64,000 nt of DNA, from contig CP068257.2 in assembly GCA_009914755.4 (NCBI GenBank), forward strand, positions 2,048,001 to 2,112,000. The letters are read 5' to 3'. The DNA comes from the human T2T-CHM13v2.0 reference genome, Homo sapiens. A program made the position numbers and the translations under genes. The notes beneath the pieces were generated by a model. It saw only the letters and a list, made by a program, of their open reading frames with translations, was not told the origin of the DNA and searched no databases. Shown piece by piece: positions 1-12,600 of the stretch (positions are counted from its first letter, which is position 1; each line of letters opens with the position of its first letter).

Positions 1-3000
1 TGGAATGGAATGGAATGGAATGGAATGGAAATGAATACAATGCGATGGGGGGGAGTGGAATGGAATGGAAAGGAAAGGATTGGAATGGAATGAAGTGCAA
101 TGTAATGGCATGAAATAGAATGGAATGGAATGGAGTGGAATGGAGTGGAGTAGAATGGAATGGAGCGGAATGGATTGAAGTGGAGTGGAATGCAATGGAG
201 TGGAATGGAGTGGAGAGAAACGGAACGGAATGGATTCCTGTGGAAAGAATGAATTGGAATGCATTGGAGTGGATTGGAGAGGAATGGAGTGGAGGGCAAT
301 GGAAACGAGAGGAATGGAACAGAGTGGAATGGAGTTGAGTGGAGTGGGATAGATTGGAGTGTAATGGAGTTTAGTGGAGAGGAATGGAATAGAGTGGAAT
401 GGAGTTGGATAGATTGGAATGGAATGGAATGCAATCGAATGGATTGGAATGGAATGGAATGGAATGGAAATGAGTGGAGTGGAGTGAAATGGAATGCAGT
501 TCAATGGAGGGGAGAGAAATGGAAAGGAATGGAATGGAATGAGGCGGTGTGAAATGAAATGCAGTGGAATTGAATAGAGTGGAATGGAATGGATTGGAGG
601 GGATTGGAATGGAATGGAGTTGAATGGAATATAGTGTAATGGAATGCAGTGGAATAGAGTGGAATGTAATATAACGGTGTGTAGTGGAATGGAATGCAAT
701 GGAATGAAATGGAATGAAATAAAAAGGAATGGAACTAAGTGTAGTGGAGTGGAATGTAATTGAGTGGAGTGGAATGGAATAAATTGGAATGGAATGCATT
801 GGAGTGGAGTGGAGGTGAGTGGAAGGGAATGGATCGGAATGGAACGGACGGGAATGGATTGGAATGGAATGGAGGGGAATGGAATGGCATGGAATGGATT
901 TGAATGTAATGGAGGGGAAAGAAATTGAGTGGAATTGAGTGGTGTGGAGTGAAGTGGAGTGTAGAGGAGTCGAGTGGATGGGACTGGAATGGAATGGAGT
1001 GGAAAGGTGTGGAGTGGAAAGGAATGGAATGGAATGGAGTCGTGTGGAATTGAGTGGAAAGGAATGGCATGGAATGCAATGGAGAGGAGTGGTGCAGTGT
1101 TGAATGGAATGGAGGGGACAGGAATGGAATGAAATGGAATTGAATTCAATGGAATGGAATGGAATGGAGAGGCTGGGAGTTTAGTGGAATGGAATGGAGT
1201 TGAATGGAATGGAATGGAATTGAGTGGAGTGGAATGGAATGGAATAGATTGGAATTTAATGGATTGGACGGGAGTGGAATGGATTTGAGTGGAGTGAAGT
1301 GGAATTGACTGGAATGGAATGGAGCGGAAAGCAGTGGAGTGGAGTGGAATGGAGTGGAGTGAAGTTGAATGAAAGAATGGAATGGAATGGAGTGGAGTGG
1401 AATGGAATGGAACGGAATGGTGTGGAGTGTAATGGAATAGAATGGAATGCAGTGGAATTGAAAGGAATGGAATGGAATGGAATGGAATGGAATGGAATGG
1501 AATGGAATGCAGTGAAATGAAGTGGAGTGGAGTGGAGTGGAATGGAATGGAGAGCAGTGAAGTGGAATTTAATAGAAAGCAATGGAATGGAATGGAATGG
1601 AATGGAATGGAAGGGAGTGGAATGGAGTGGAATGGAATGGAATGGTGTGAAATGAAAAGGAATGGAATGGAATAGAATGGATTGGGAAAGAATGGAATGG
1701 AGTGCACTGGCATGGAATGGAGTGGAATGGAGTGGAGTGGAGAGGAGTGGAACGGAGTGGAATAGACTGGAATGGAGTGGAATGGAATGGAATGAGTGGA
1801 ACGGAATGGAATGCAATGGAATGGAATGGAATGGAATGTAGTGGAGCAGAGGGGAATGGAACGGAATGTAGAGGATGGGAATGGAATGGAATGTAATGCA
1901 ATGGATTGGAATGGAGTTGAATGGAATTGAATGAAATGGAATGGAGTGGAGAGGTATGGACTGGAGGGGAGTAGATTGAAGTGGAGAGGAATGGAGTGGA
2001 ATTGTGTGGAATGGAGTGGAATATAATGGAATCGATTGGAGTGGTATGGAAAGGGGTGGAGTGGAATGGAATGGAGTGGAGTGGAATGTAATGGACTGGA
2101 ATAAAATGGAGAGAAATGGAGTGGAGCAGAATGGAATAGAATGGAGTGAAATGGCATGGAGTGGAATAGAGTGGAGTTGAATGGAATTGAATGGAATTGA
2201 GTGGAGTTGAGAGGAGTGGAGTGGAGTGGAATGGACTGCACTGGAATGAAATGGCATGGAATTCAGTTGAATGGAATAGAATGGAATGGAATGGAGAGGA
2301 ATGGAAGGGAGAGTAATGAAGTGGATTGGAGAGGAGTGGAATGGAATGGAGTGGAATGGATTGGAGTGCAATGTAGTGGAATAGAATAGGGTGGAAAAGA
2401 GTGGATTGGAATGGAATGGTGTGGATTCGAGTGGTATGGGTGGAATGGAATGAAATGGAATGTAGTGGAGTGGATTGGAGTGGAGTGGAATGGAATGGAA
2501 TGGAGTGGATTCTAATGGAGTGGGTGGAATGGAATGAAATGAAATGGTGTGGAGTGGAGTGGAATGCAATTGTTTGGAGTGGTGTGGAGAGGAGTAGAGT
2601 GGAGTTAACTTTTGTGGAGTGGAGTGGAATGGAGTAAAATGGAATGGAGGGGAGTGGAATGGAATGGAGTGGAATAGAACGGAGTGTAATGGAGAGGAGA
2701 GGAATGGAATGGAGTGGAAAGGAGTGGAATGGAATGAAATGGACAGTAATAGAATGAAATGGAAAGCTATGTGATGAAATGGAATGGAGTGTATTTGAAT
2801 GGAAGGGAATGAATTGGAATGGAGTGGCGGAGAGTGGAGTAGTGTAGAGGGGAGTCGAAAGGAATGGAATGGAATGGAATGGAATGGAATGGAGTGTAAT
2901 GGATTGAAGTGGAATGGAATTTAATGGAAAGGAGTGGAGGAGAATGGAATGGAATGGAATGGAAAGGAATGGTGGGGAGTGGAATGGAATTGAAGGGAAT

Positions 3001-4149
3001 AAAATGTAATGGAGCGGAGTGGAATTGAGTGAAGTGGAATGGAATGGAGTGTAAATGAGTGGAATAGAATGGAATGGAATGGAGTGGAGTGGAGAGAAAG
3101 GAGTAGAGTGCAGTGGAATTGAGTGGAGTAGAATGGAGTCGAATGGAGTGGAATGGAGTGAAATTGAATGGAATCGATTGTAGTGGAATGGAGTGGAGTA
3201 GAATGGAAGGGAGGGGAGTGGAATGAAGTGGACTGGAATGGAACGGAATGTAAAGAAATGGACTGGAATAGAACGAAATGTAAAGAAATGAAGTGAAGTG
3301 GAATGGATAGGAGGGGAGTGGAGTGGAATGGTATGCAGTGGAAAGCAGTTGAGGGGAGTGGATTGGGAAGGAATATAGTGGAAGGGAATGGAATGGAGTG
3401 GAATGGAATGGAATGGAGTGGAAAGGAATGGAATGGAAGGGACTGGAATGGAATGAAATCGAATGGAATGGAATGGAGAGGTTTGGAGTGGAACGGAATT
3501 GAGTGGAGTGGAATAGAATGGAATGGAATGGAATGGAATGGAATGGAATCGAGCAGAGTGGAGTGGGGTCGACTGGAATGGAATGGAACGGAGTGGAGTG
3601 GAATGGAATTGAATTTAATGGAAAGGAATGGAATGGAATGGAATGGAATGGCATGGAATTTAATGCAGTGGAATGGAATGGAATGCAGTGGAGTGGATTG
3701 GAATGGAATGGAGTGGAATGGAATAGAGTGCATTGGAATGGAATGGAATTGACTGGAATTGAGTGGAGGGGAATGGAGTGCAATGGAGTGAGGTGGAAAG
3801 GAATAGAATTCAATGCAATGGAATGGAATGGTATGGAACGGAATGGAAAGGAACAGGATGGAATGGAAGGGAGTGGTGTGGAGTGGAATGGAATTGAGTG
3901 GAGTGGAATGGAATGGAATGGAATGGAATGGAATGGAATGGAACGGAATTCCATGGAATGGAATGGAGTGGAATTCCATGGAATGGAATGGAATGGAATG
4001 GAACGGAATTCCATGGAATGGAATGGAATGGAATGGAACGGAATTCCATGGAATGGAATGGAATGGAACGGAATTCCATGGAATAGAATGGAATGGAATG
4101 GAATGGAATGGAACGGAATTCCATGGAATGGAATGGAACGGAATTCCAT

Positions 4150-4440
4150 GGAATGGAATGGAACGGAACGGAATTCCATAGAATGGAATGGAACGGAACG
4201 GAATTCCATTAAATGGAATGAAATGGAACGGAACGGAATTCCATTAAATGGAATGGAATGGAACGGAACGGAATTCCATTAAATGGAATGGAATGGAACG
4301 GAACGGAATTCCATTAAATGGAATGGAATGGAACGGAACGGAATTCCATTAAATGGAATGGAATGGAACGGAACGGAATTCCATTAAATGGAATGGAATG
4401 GAACGGAACGGAATTCCATTAAATGGAATGGAATGGAATG
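4150..4440 (+). repeat. 35-bp tandem unit ggaacggaacggaattccattaaatggaatggaatg, ~8 copies
   Basis: Exact 35-bp periodicity is visible at 4192-4440. The unit spans 7 pentamers and the copies differ at 0-2 positions. Confidence 0.85.
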
Positions 4441-5130
4441 GAATGGAATTCCATTAAATGGAATGGAATGGAATTCCATTAAATGGAATGGAATGGAATG
4501 GAATGGAATGGAATTCCATTAAATGGAATGGAATGGAATGGAATTCCATTAAATGGAATGGAATGGAATGGAATGGAATTCCATTAAATGGAATGGAATG
4601 GAATGGAATGGAATGGAATTCCATTAAATGGAATGGAATGGAATGGAATGGAATTCCATTAAATGGAATGGAATGGAATGGAATGGAATGGAATTCCATT
4701 AAATGGAATGGAATGGAATGGAATGGAATGGAATGGAATGGAATTCCATTAAATGGAATGGAATGGAATGGAATGGAATGGAATGGAATGGAATGGAATG
4801 GAATGGAATGGAATGGAATTCCATTAAATGAATGGAATGGAATTCCATTAAATGGAATGGAATGGAATGGAATGGAATTCCATTAAATGGAATGGAATGG
4901 AATGGAATGGAATTCCATTAAATGGAATGGAATGGAATGGAATGGAATTCCATTAAATGGAATGGAATGGAATGGAATGGAATTCCATTAAATGGAATGG
5001 AATTCCATTAAATGGAATGGAATGGAATGGAATGGAATTCCATTAAATGGAATGGAATGGAATGGAATGGAATGGAATGGAATGGAATTCCATTAAATGG
5101 AATGGAATGGAATGGAATGGAATGGAATGG
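4440..5130 (+). repeat. Units of core ggaattccattaaatgg followed by variable-length (aatgg)n, 25 to ~70 bp per unit
   Basis: GAATTCCATTAAATGG recurs about 20 times with a variable count of perfect aatgg pentamers between copies. This is a variable-length minisatellite-like expansion. Confidence 0.85.
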
Positions 5131-5139
5131 AATGGAATG

Positions 5140-5870
5140 GAATGGAATTCCATGGAAAGGAATGGAATGGAATTCCATGGAAAGAAATGGAATGGAATGG
5201 AATTCCATGGAAAGGAATGGAATGGAATTCCATGGAAAGGAATGGAATGGAATTCCATGGAAAGGAATGGAATGGAATTCCATGGAAAGGAATGGAATTC
5301 CATGGAATTCCATGGAAAGGAATGGAATGGAATGGAATTCCATGGAAAGGAATGGAATGGAATGGAATTCCATGGAAAGGAATGGAATGGAATGGAATTC
5401 CATGGAAAGGAATGGAATGGAATGGAATTCCATGGAAAGGAATGGAATGGAATGGAATGGAATTCCATGGAAAGGAATGGAATGGAATGGAATGGAATTC
5501 CATGGAAAGGAATGGAATGGAATGGAATGGAATGGAATGGAATGGAATGGAATGGAATGGAATTCCATGGAATGGAATGGAATTCCATGGAATGGAATGG
5601 AATGGAATGGAATGGAATGGAATGGAATGGAATTCCATGGAATGGAATGGAATTCCATGGAAAGGAATTCCATGGAATGGAATTCCATGGAAAGGAATGG
5701 AATGGAATGGAATGGAATTCCATGGAAAGGAATGGAATGGAATGGAATGGAATTCCATGGAAAGGAATGGAATGGAATTCCATGGAAAGGAATGGAATGG
5801 AATTCCATGGAATGGGATTCCATGGAAAGGAATGGAATGGAATTCCATGGAATGGAATCGAATGGAATGG
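5140..5870 (+). repeat. Units of ggaattccatggaaagg followed by (aatgg)2-8, ~25 copies, each with EcoRI and NcoI sites
   Basis: GGAATTCCATGGAAAGG recurs with 2-8 perfect pentamers between copies. Variants ggaataccaagg and ggaattccaagg appear at 5880-5960, at the decaying edge of the block. Confidence 0.85.
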
Positions 5871-6699
5871 AATGGAATGGAATACCAAGGAATGGAATGG
5901 AATGGAATGGAATTCCAAGGAAAGGAATGGAATGGAATGGAATGGAATGGAATGGAATTCCAAGGAAAGGAATGGAATGGAATGGAATAAAATGCAATGC
6001 AGTTGAAAGGAATGGAATGGAGTACACTGCAATGGAATGCAATGCAATGGAATTGAATGAAACGGAATGGAATGACATGGAAAGGAGTTGATTGGAATGG
6101 AATGCAGTGGAGTGGATTGGAATGAAATGGAGTGAAATGGAATCGATTGGAGTAGAATGGAACGGAATGGAATGGAGTGGAATGGAGTGGAATGCAATGG
6201 AATGGAATGGAGTGAAGTGGAATGGAAAGGAATTAAATGGAATGGAATGGAATGGAAAGTAATTGAACGAAATTGAATAGAAGTGAGTGGTGTGGAAAGG
6301 AATGGATTCGAGTGGAGAGTAATGGAATGGAATAGAATGGAATGGAATAGAGTGGACTGGAATGGAATGGAGTGGAGTGGAGTGATAAGGAATGGAGTAC
6401 AATGGAATGAGTTGGAGTGAAGTGGAATGGAATGGAGTGGAATGGAGTGGAGTGGAATGGAATGAAGTGGAATGGAATGGAGTGGAATGGAGTGGAATTG
6501 TATGGAGTGGAGTGGAGTGGAGCGGAATGGAATGGAATGGATTGGAATAGAATAAAATGAAATTCAAAGGAATGGATTGGAGTGGAATGGAATGGAGTGG
6601 GATGGAATGCAGTGGAAGGCAGTGGAGTGGAGTGGAGTGGAATAGAATGGAGTGGAATACAGTGAAGTGGAAAGGAATGGAGTGGCATGGAATGGAATG

Positions 6700-9600
6700 G
6701 AGTGGAATGGAGTGGAGTGGAGTGGAGTGCAGTGGAATGGAATGGTGTTTAGTGGAGTGGAGTGGAATGGAGTGGAATGCAACAGAGTGGAAAGGAGTGG
6801 AGAGGAATGGAATGGAAAGGTGGTGAGTGGAGTGGAATGGAATGGAGAGGAATGGAATAGAGTGGAATGGAATGGAGTGCAGTGGAGTGGAATGGAAAGG
6901 AGTGGAATGGAGTGGAGTGGAGTGGAATTGAGTGGTATGGAACTGCGTGGAATGCAATGGAATGGAATGGAATGGAATGGAATGGAATGATGTGGAATGG
7001 AATGGAATGGAATGGAGTTTGAAAAGAATGGAATGGAATGGAATGGAATGGAATGGAATGGAATTGAATGGAATGGAATAGAATGGAATGGAGCAGAGAG
7101 GAATGGAAAGGAATGGAATGCAATGGACTGGAATGGAGCGGAGTGGAGTGGAATGGAATAGAATGGAGTGGAGTGCCGTGGAATTGAACGGAATGGAGTG
7201 GAGTGGAATGGAGTGCAGTGGAATGGCGTCGAGTGGAGTGGAATGGAATGGAATGGAATGGAATGGAATGGAATGGAATGGAATGAATTGGAGAGGAAGG
7301 GAGTGGAGTGGAATGGAATGGATTGGAATGCAGTGGAGTGGAATGGATAGGAATGGAATGTAGATGAACGGAATGGAAAGGAGTGGAATGCAAAGATTGG
7401 AATGGAATGGAATGGAATGGGAAGAAATGGAATGGAATGGAATGGAAAGAAATGGAATGGAATGCAATGGAGTGTGGTCGAGAGGTTTGGAATTGAATGG
7501 AGTGGAATAGAATGGAATGGAATGGAATATAGTGGAGTGGAGTGGCTTCGAGTCATTGGTAATTGAAAGTAATGGAATGGAATGGAATGAAATGAAATGC
7601 TGTGCAGAGGAAAGCAACGGAATGGAGTGTCGTGCAATGGAGTGGAATGAGGTGGAATGGAATGTATTGGAATCGCATGGAATAGAATCGAGTGGAATGG
7701 AATGGAGTGGAATGGCGTGAAACGGAATGAAATGGAGTGGAGAGTAGGGGATTGGAGTGGAATGGAAATTAGTGGAAAGAAGTGTAGTGGAGTGGATTGG
7801 AATGGAATGTGCTGGAGTTGAATGGAATGGAATGGAATAGAATGGAAACGAATCAAATGGAACGAAAAGGAGAGAATGGAATGGAGTGAAGTGGAGTTGA
7901 ATGGAATTGAGAGGAGTGGAATGGAATGGAATGAAATGGAGTGGAGTGGAATTAAGTGGTGTCAAGTGAAATGGAATATAACCGAATGGTATGGAATTTA
8001 ATGGAATTGGATGGAATGGAATGGAATGGAAAGGAATAGAATGCTATGGACTGGAGTGAAGTGGAGTGGAATGGACCCGAAAGGAATGGAATGGAATGAA
8101 GTGGAATGGAGTGGAATTGATTGGTGCGGAGCAGAAAGCAAAGGAGTGAAATGGAGAGGAGTGGAACGGAAGGGAATAGATTCTTGAGGAATGGAATGAA
8201 ATGGAATGGATTGGAGTAGAATGGAGTGTAATCGAGTGGAGTGCAATGGAAAGGATTGGAATGGAATGGAGTGCAAAGGAGTTCAGTGGAGTGGCATAGA
8301 TTGGAGTGGAATGGAGTTAATTGGAGTGGAATGGAATGGACTGTAATGGAGTTGAATGGAGTGGAATGGAATGGAATGGAATGGAATGGAGTGGAGTGGA
8401 GTGCAATCGAGTGTATTGGAATGGAATAGAAGGGAATGGAGGGGAATGGAGTGGAATAGAATGGAAATGAGGAGAGTGGAGTGAAATGAAATGGAGTGGA
8501 ATAGAGTGGATTGGAAAGGAATGTAATGGAATAGTGTGTTGCGGAATGAAATGGAGTGGAATGGAATGCAGTGGAATGGAATGGAGTGAAGTGGATTGGA
8601 ACGGAATGGAGTGGAATTGAATAGATTAGAAAGGAGAGGAACGGAGTGTAGTGGAGTGGAACTGAATGGAATGGAATGGAATGAAAAGGGAAGGAATGGA
8701 ATGCAGTGGAGTGGAGTGGAATGGAATTAACGGGAGTGGAATAAAATGCAATGGAATGGAAAGCAATGGAGTGGAATGGAGTGGAGTGGAGTGGATGGGA
8801 ATGGACCGGAATGGAACGGAAATGAATGGAGTGGAATGGAATGCAGAGGAAAGTAATGGAATGGAATGGAGTGGAATAGAATGGAGACGAATGTAATGGA
8901 ATGGAATGGAATGGAATGGAATGGAATGGCGTGGAATGCAACGGAGTTGAATGGAGTGGAGTGGAGTGGAGTGGGGTGGAGTGGATTGGAATGGAACGAA
9001 ACGGAATGGAATGGATTGGAATGGAAACGATTGGAGTGGAATGGAATGGAATGGAATGGAGTGGAGTGGAATGGATTAGAATGGAATGGATTGGAATGGA
9101 GAGGAGGGCTGTGGAGTGGAATAGAATAAATTGGAGTGGAATGGAATGGAATGGAATCGAGTGGAGAAGAATGGAGTGGAGTGGAATGCAATGGAATGGA
9201 GTGGACTGTAATGGATTGGAATGGAATGGAATGGAAGGGAGTTGAGGGTTGTGGAGTGGAATAGAATTTATTGGAATTGAATGGAACGGAACGGAATGGA
9301 AAGGATTGGAATGGAATGGAATAGAAGGGAGAGGAGTGGAAAGGAATGGTATGGAGTGAAATGGAATGGAAGGGAATGGAATGGAACATATTGGAATGGA
9401 AACGAATGGAATGGAATGGAATAGAATGGAATGGAAATGAATGGAATGGAATGAAATGCAATAGAATGGAGTGTTAAAGAAGTGATTGAAGTGGAGGGGA
9501 ACGGAGTGGAATGGAGTGGAATCAAGTGGAATGGAAAAGAATGGAACGGAGTTTAGTGGAATATTATGGAGTGGAATGGAATCGAGTGGAAAGGAAAGTA

Positions 9601-12600
9601 GTGGAGTCGAGTGGAACGGAATGGAGTTAAATGGAATAGAGTGCTATGGAATGGAATGGTGTGTAGTGGAATGAAATGGAGTGGCATGGAATGGAGTGCA
9701 GTGGAATGGAGTGGAGTGCAATGGAATGGAATGCAATGGAATGGAATCGAATGGAATGGAATGGGGTGGAGTGAAATTGAATGGAGAGGAATGGAAGGAG
9801 TGGAATGGAATGTAGTGTAAAGGTATGTAATGTAACAGTGGAGTGGAATGAAATGGAATGGAATGGAATGGAGTGTTGTGCAATGGAATGGAATGGAGTG
9901 GAATGGAATAGAATGGAATGGAATGGAATGGAATGGAAAGGAATGGAGAGGAATGGAATGGAGAGGAATGGAATGCAATGGAGTGGAATGGAATGGAATC
10001 GAGTGGAGTGGAATGGAATGGAGTGGAGTGGAATAGAGTGGAATGGAATGGAATGGAGTGCAGGGGATTGAAGTGGAGTACTTTGGAGTCGAATGGAGTC
10101 AAAGGTATTAAATGGAATGGAGTGGAGTGGAAGGGGGTGGAGTGGAATGGAATGGAATGGAATGGGGTGCAGTGGAATGGAATGGAATTGAGTGGAGTAG
10201 AGTGGAGAGGATTGGAGATGAGTGGAGTGGAGTGGAGTGGAAACGAGTGGAATTGAGTACATTTGAATAGAATTAAATGGAATGTAATGGAGTGGAATGG
10301 AATGGAGTGGAATGGATTGTAGTGGACTAGAATTTAATAGAGTGGAATGGATTGGAGAGAAGTGGAACAGAATGGAATGGAAAGGAATGGAATGGTGTGG
10401 AGTGCAATGGAATGGAGTGGAATGTAGTTGAGTTGAGTGGATTGGAATGGAATATAGTGGAATTGAATGGTATGGAGTGGCGTATAATGAAAAGGAATAT
10501 AATGGAATGGAGTGGGGTTTAGTGGATTGAAATTGAGTGAAGTGGTATAGAATGGAATGAAATGGAGTGGAATGCAGAGGCTTCGATTGGAATCGAATGG
10601 AAAAGAGAGGAATTGAATGGATTTGACTGGAATGGAGTGGAAAGAAGTGCAGTGGAATAGAATGAAGAGGAATGGAAAGGAGTGGAATGGATTGGGGTGG
10701 AGTGGAGTGGAATGGAGTGGAGAGGAACAGAATGGAATGGAATGGAATGGAGGGTTGTGGAATGGAATGCAGTGGAACGGAGTGGAGTGGAATGGAATGG
10801 AGTGGACTGGAATTGAGAGGAATGGATTGGAGTGGAGAGGAGTGAAATGGAATGGAGTGGAGCAGAAAGGAATGGAAAGTTATGGAATCGAGTGGAATGG
10901 AATGGAGTTGAATGGAATGGAGTGGAATGGAGTGGAGTAGAATGAAATGGAAAGTTATGGAATGCAGTGGAATGGAATGGATTTGAGTGGAATGGAATGG
11001 AATGGAATGGAGTGGAGTGGATTGGAATGGAATGGAGAGGAATGGAGTGGAGTGGAGTGGAAAGGAGTGGTTTGGAATGGAGTGGAATGGAACGGAATGG
11101 AATGGAAGGCAATGGAAGGGATTGGTATGGAATGGAATGAAATGGAGCAAAGTTGAATGGAATAGAGTGGAATGGAATAGAATGGAATGGAATGGAATGG
11201 ACTGGAATGGAGTGGAGTGCAGTGGAGTGGAATGGAATGGAGTCGAGTTGATTGGAATGGAGTGGAATGGAATGGAGTGGAATGTAGTTGAGTGGAGTGG
11301 AGTGGAATGGAATGGAGTGCAACAGAGTAGAATGGAATGGAACGGAAAGTTGGGCAGTGGAGTGGAATGAAATGGAGACGAATGGAATAGAGTGGAATGG
11401 AATGGAGTGGAGTGGAGTGGAATGGAATGGAGGGCAATGGAGTGGAGTGGAGTGGAATTGAGTGGTATGGAATGGAGTTGAATGCAATGGAATAGAATGG
11501 AATGGAATGGAATGGTGTGGAGTGGAATGGAATGGAATGGAATGGAAAGGAACGGAATGGAATGTGGTGGAATGCAGTGGAATGGAATATAATTTGAAAA
11601 GAATGGAATGGAAAGGAATGGAATATAATCGAATGGAGTGGAGAGGAATGGAAAAGAATAAACTGGAATGGAGTGGAGTGGAGTGGAATAGAATGGAGTG
11701 GAGTGGAGTGAAATTGAATGGAATGGAATGGAATGGAATGGAATGGAGTGAAGTGGAATGGAGTCGACTGCAGTGGAATGGAATGAAATGGAGAGGAAGG
11801 GAGTGTAGTGGAATGGAATGGAGTGGAATATAGTGGACTGGGGTGGATAGGAATGGAATGTAGACGAACGGAATGGAGAGGAGTGGAATGGAACGGATTG
11901 GAATGTTATGCAATGGAATGGAATGGAAAGAAATTGAATACAATGGAATGGAATGGGGGGAGGGGAATGGAATTGAGTGGAGTGGAATACAATGGAATAG
12001 AATGGAATTTAGTGGAGTGGAGTGGCGTCCAGTGGTTGGTAATTGAAAGTAAGGGAATGGAATGGAATGGAGTCGAATGCAGTGGAGTGGAACACAGTGG
12101 AATGGAGTGGAGTGGAATGGAGAAGAGTGGAGTCGAGTGGATTGGAATGGAGTGGAGTGAGGTGGAATGCAATGTAGTGGAATCACATGGAATAGAATCG
12201 AATGGAATGGAGTGGAATGGAATGAAGTGGAGAGGCGTGAAATGGAATGGAATGGAATGGAGGGTAGGGGAGTGGAGTAGAATGGAAAGGAGTTGAATGT
12301 ACTGGATTGTAGTGGATTGTAATGGATTGTACTGGAGTTGAAAGGAATGGAATGGAATGGAATGGAATGAAAAGGAGTGGGAAGGAATGGAGTGAAGTGG
12401 ATTTGAATGGAATTGAGTGGAGTGGAATGGTATGGAATGAAATGGGATGGAGTGAAGTAGAGTGGGGTTGAGTGAAATGGAATTGAATGGAATGTTATGG
12501 AATTTAATGGAATTGGTTGGAATGGAATGGAATGGAATGGAATAGAATGCTATGGAGTGGAGTGGAGTTGAGTGGAGCAGAGAGGAATGGACCGTAAAAG

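Larger units (their letters stand above)
3935..5990 (+). repeat. Highly homogeneous GAATTC/CCATGG-containing variant block of the pentamer satellite, a locally amplified sub-family
   Basis: Dozens of near-identical units carry ggaacggaattccatgg, ggaattccattaaatgg or ggaattccatggaaagg, separated by variable numbers of (aatgg)n. GAATTC is almost absent elsewhere in the window, with only isolated sites near 15601, 17525 and 17672. Inter-unit identity is far higher than in the flanks. Confidence 0.85.

Noticed and set aside
3935-5990. The GGAATTCC palindrome in the GAATTC island as a kappaB-like or canonical inverted HSE (nGAAnnTTCn) element
   Set aside because: TGGAATTCCA lacks the terminal G/C needed for a good GGGRNWYYCC match, and the TTC half is out of register for a canonical HSE. 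Only direct-repeat nGAAn units are present, so this is too weak to call a regulatory site.
5008-7965. Very long ORFs in the six-frame track. This 985-aa minus-strand ORF and similar ones at 38129..41200, 53355..56540, 16166..18913 and 2767..4209 could be read as genes
   Set aside because: Their translations are pure pentapeptide repeats (IPFHS/MEWNG), produced by a stop-free 5-bp satellite in every frame. ORFs overlap each other on both strands and in all frames and have no domain-like complexity. This is not coding sequence.
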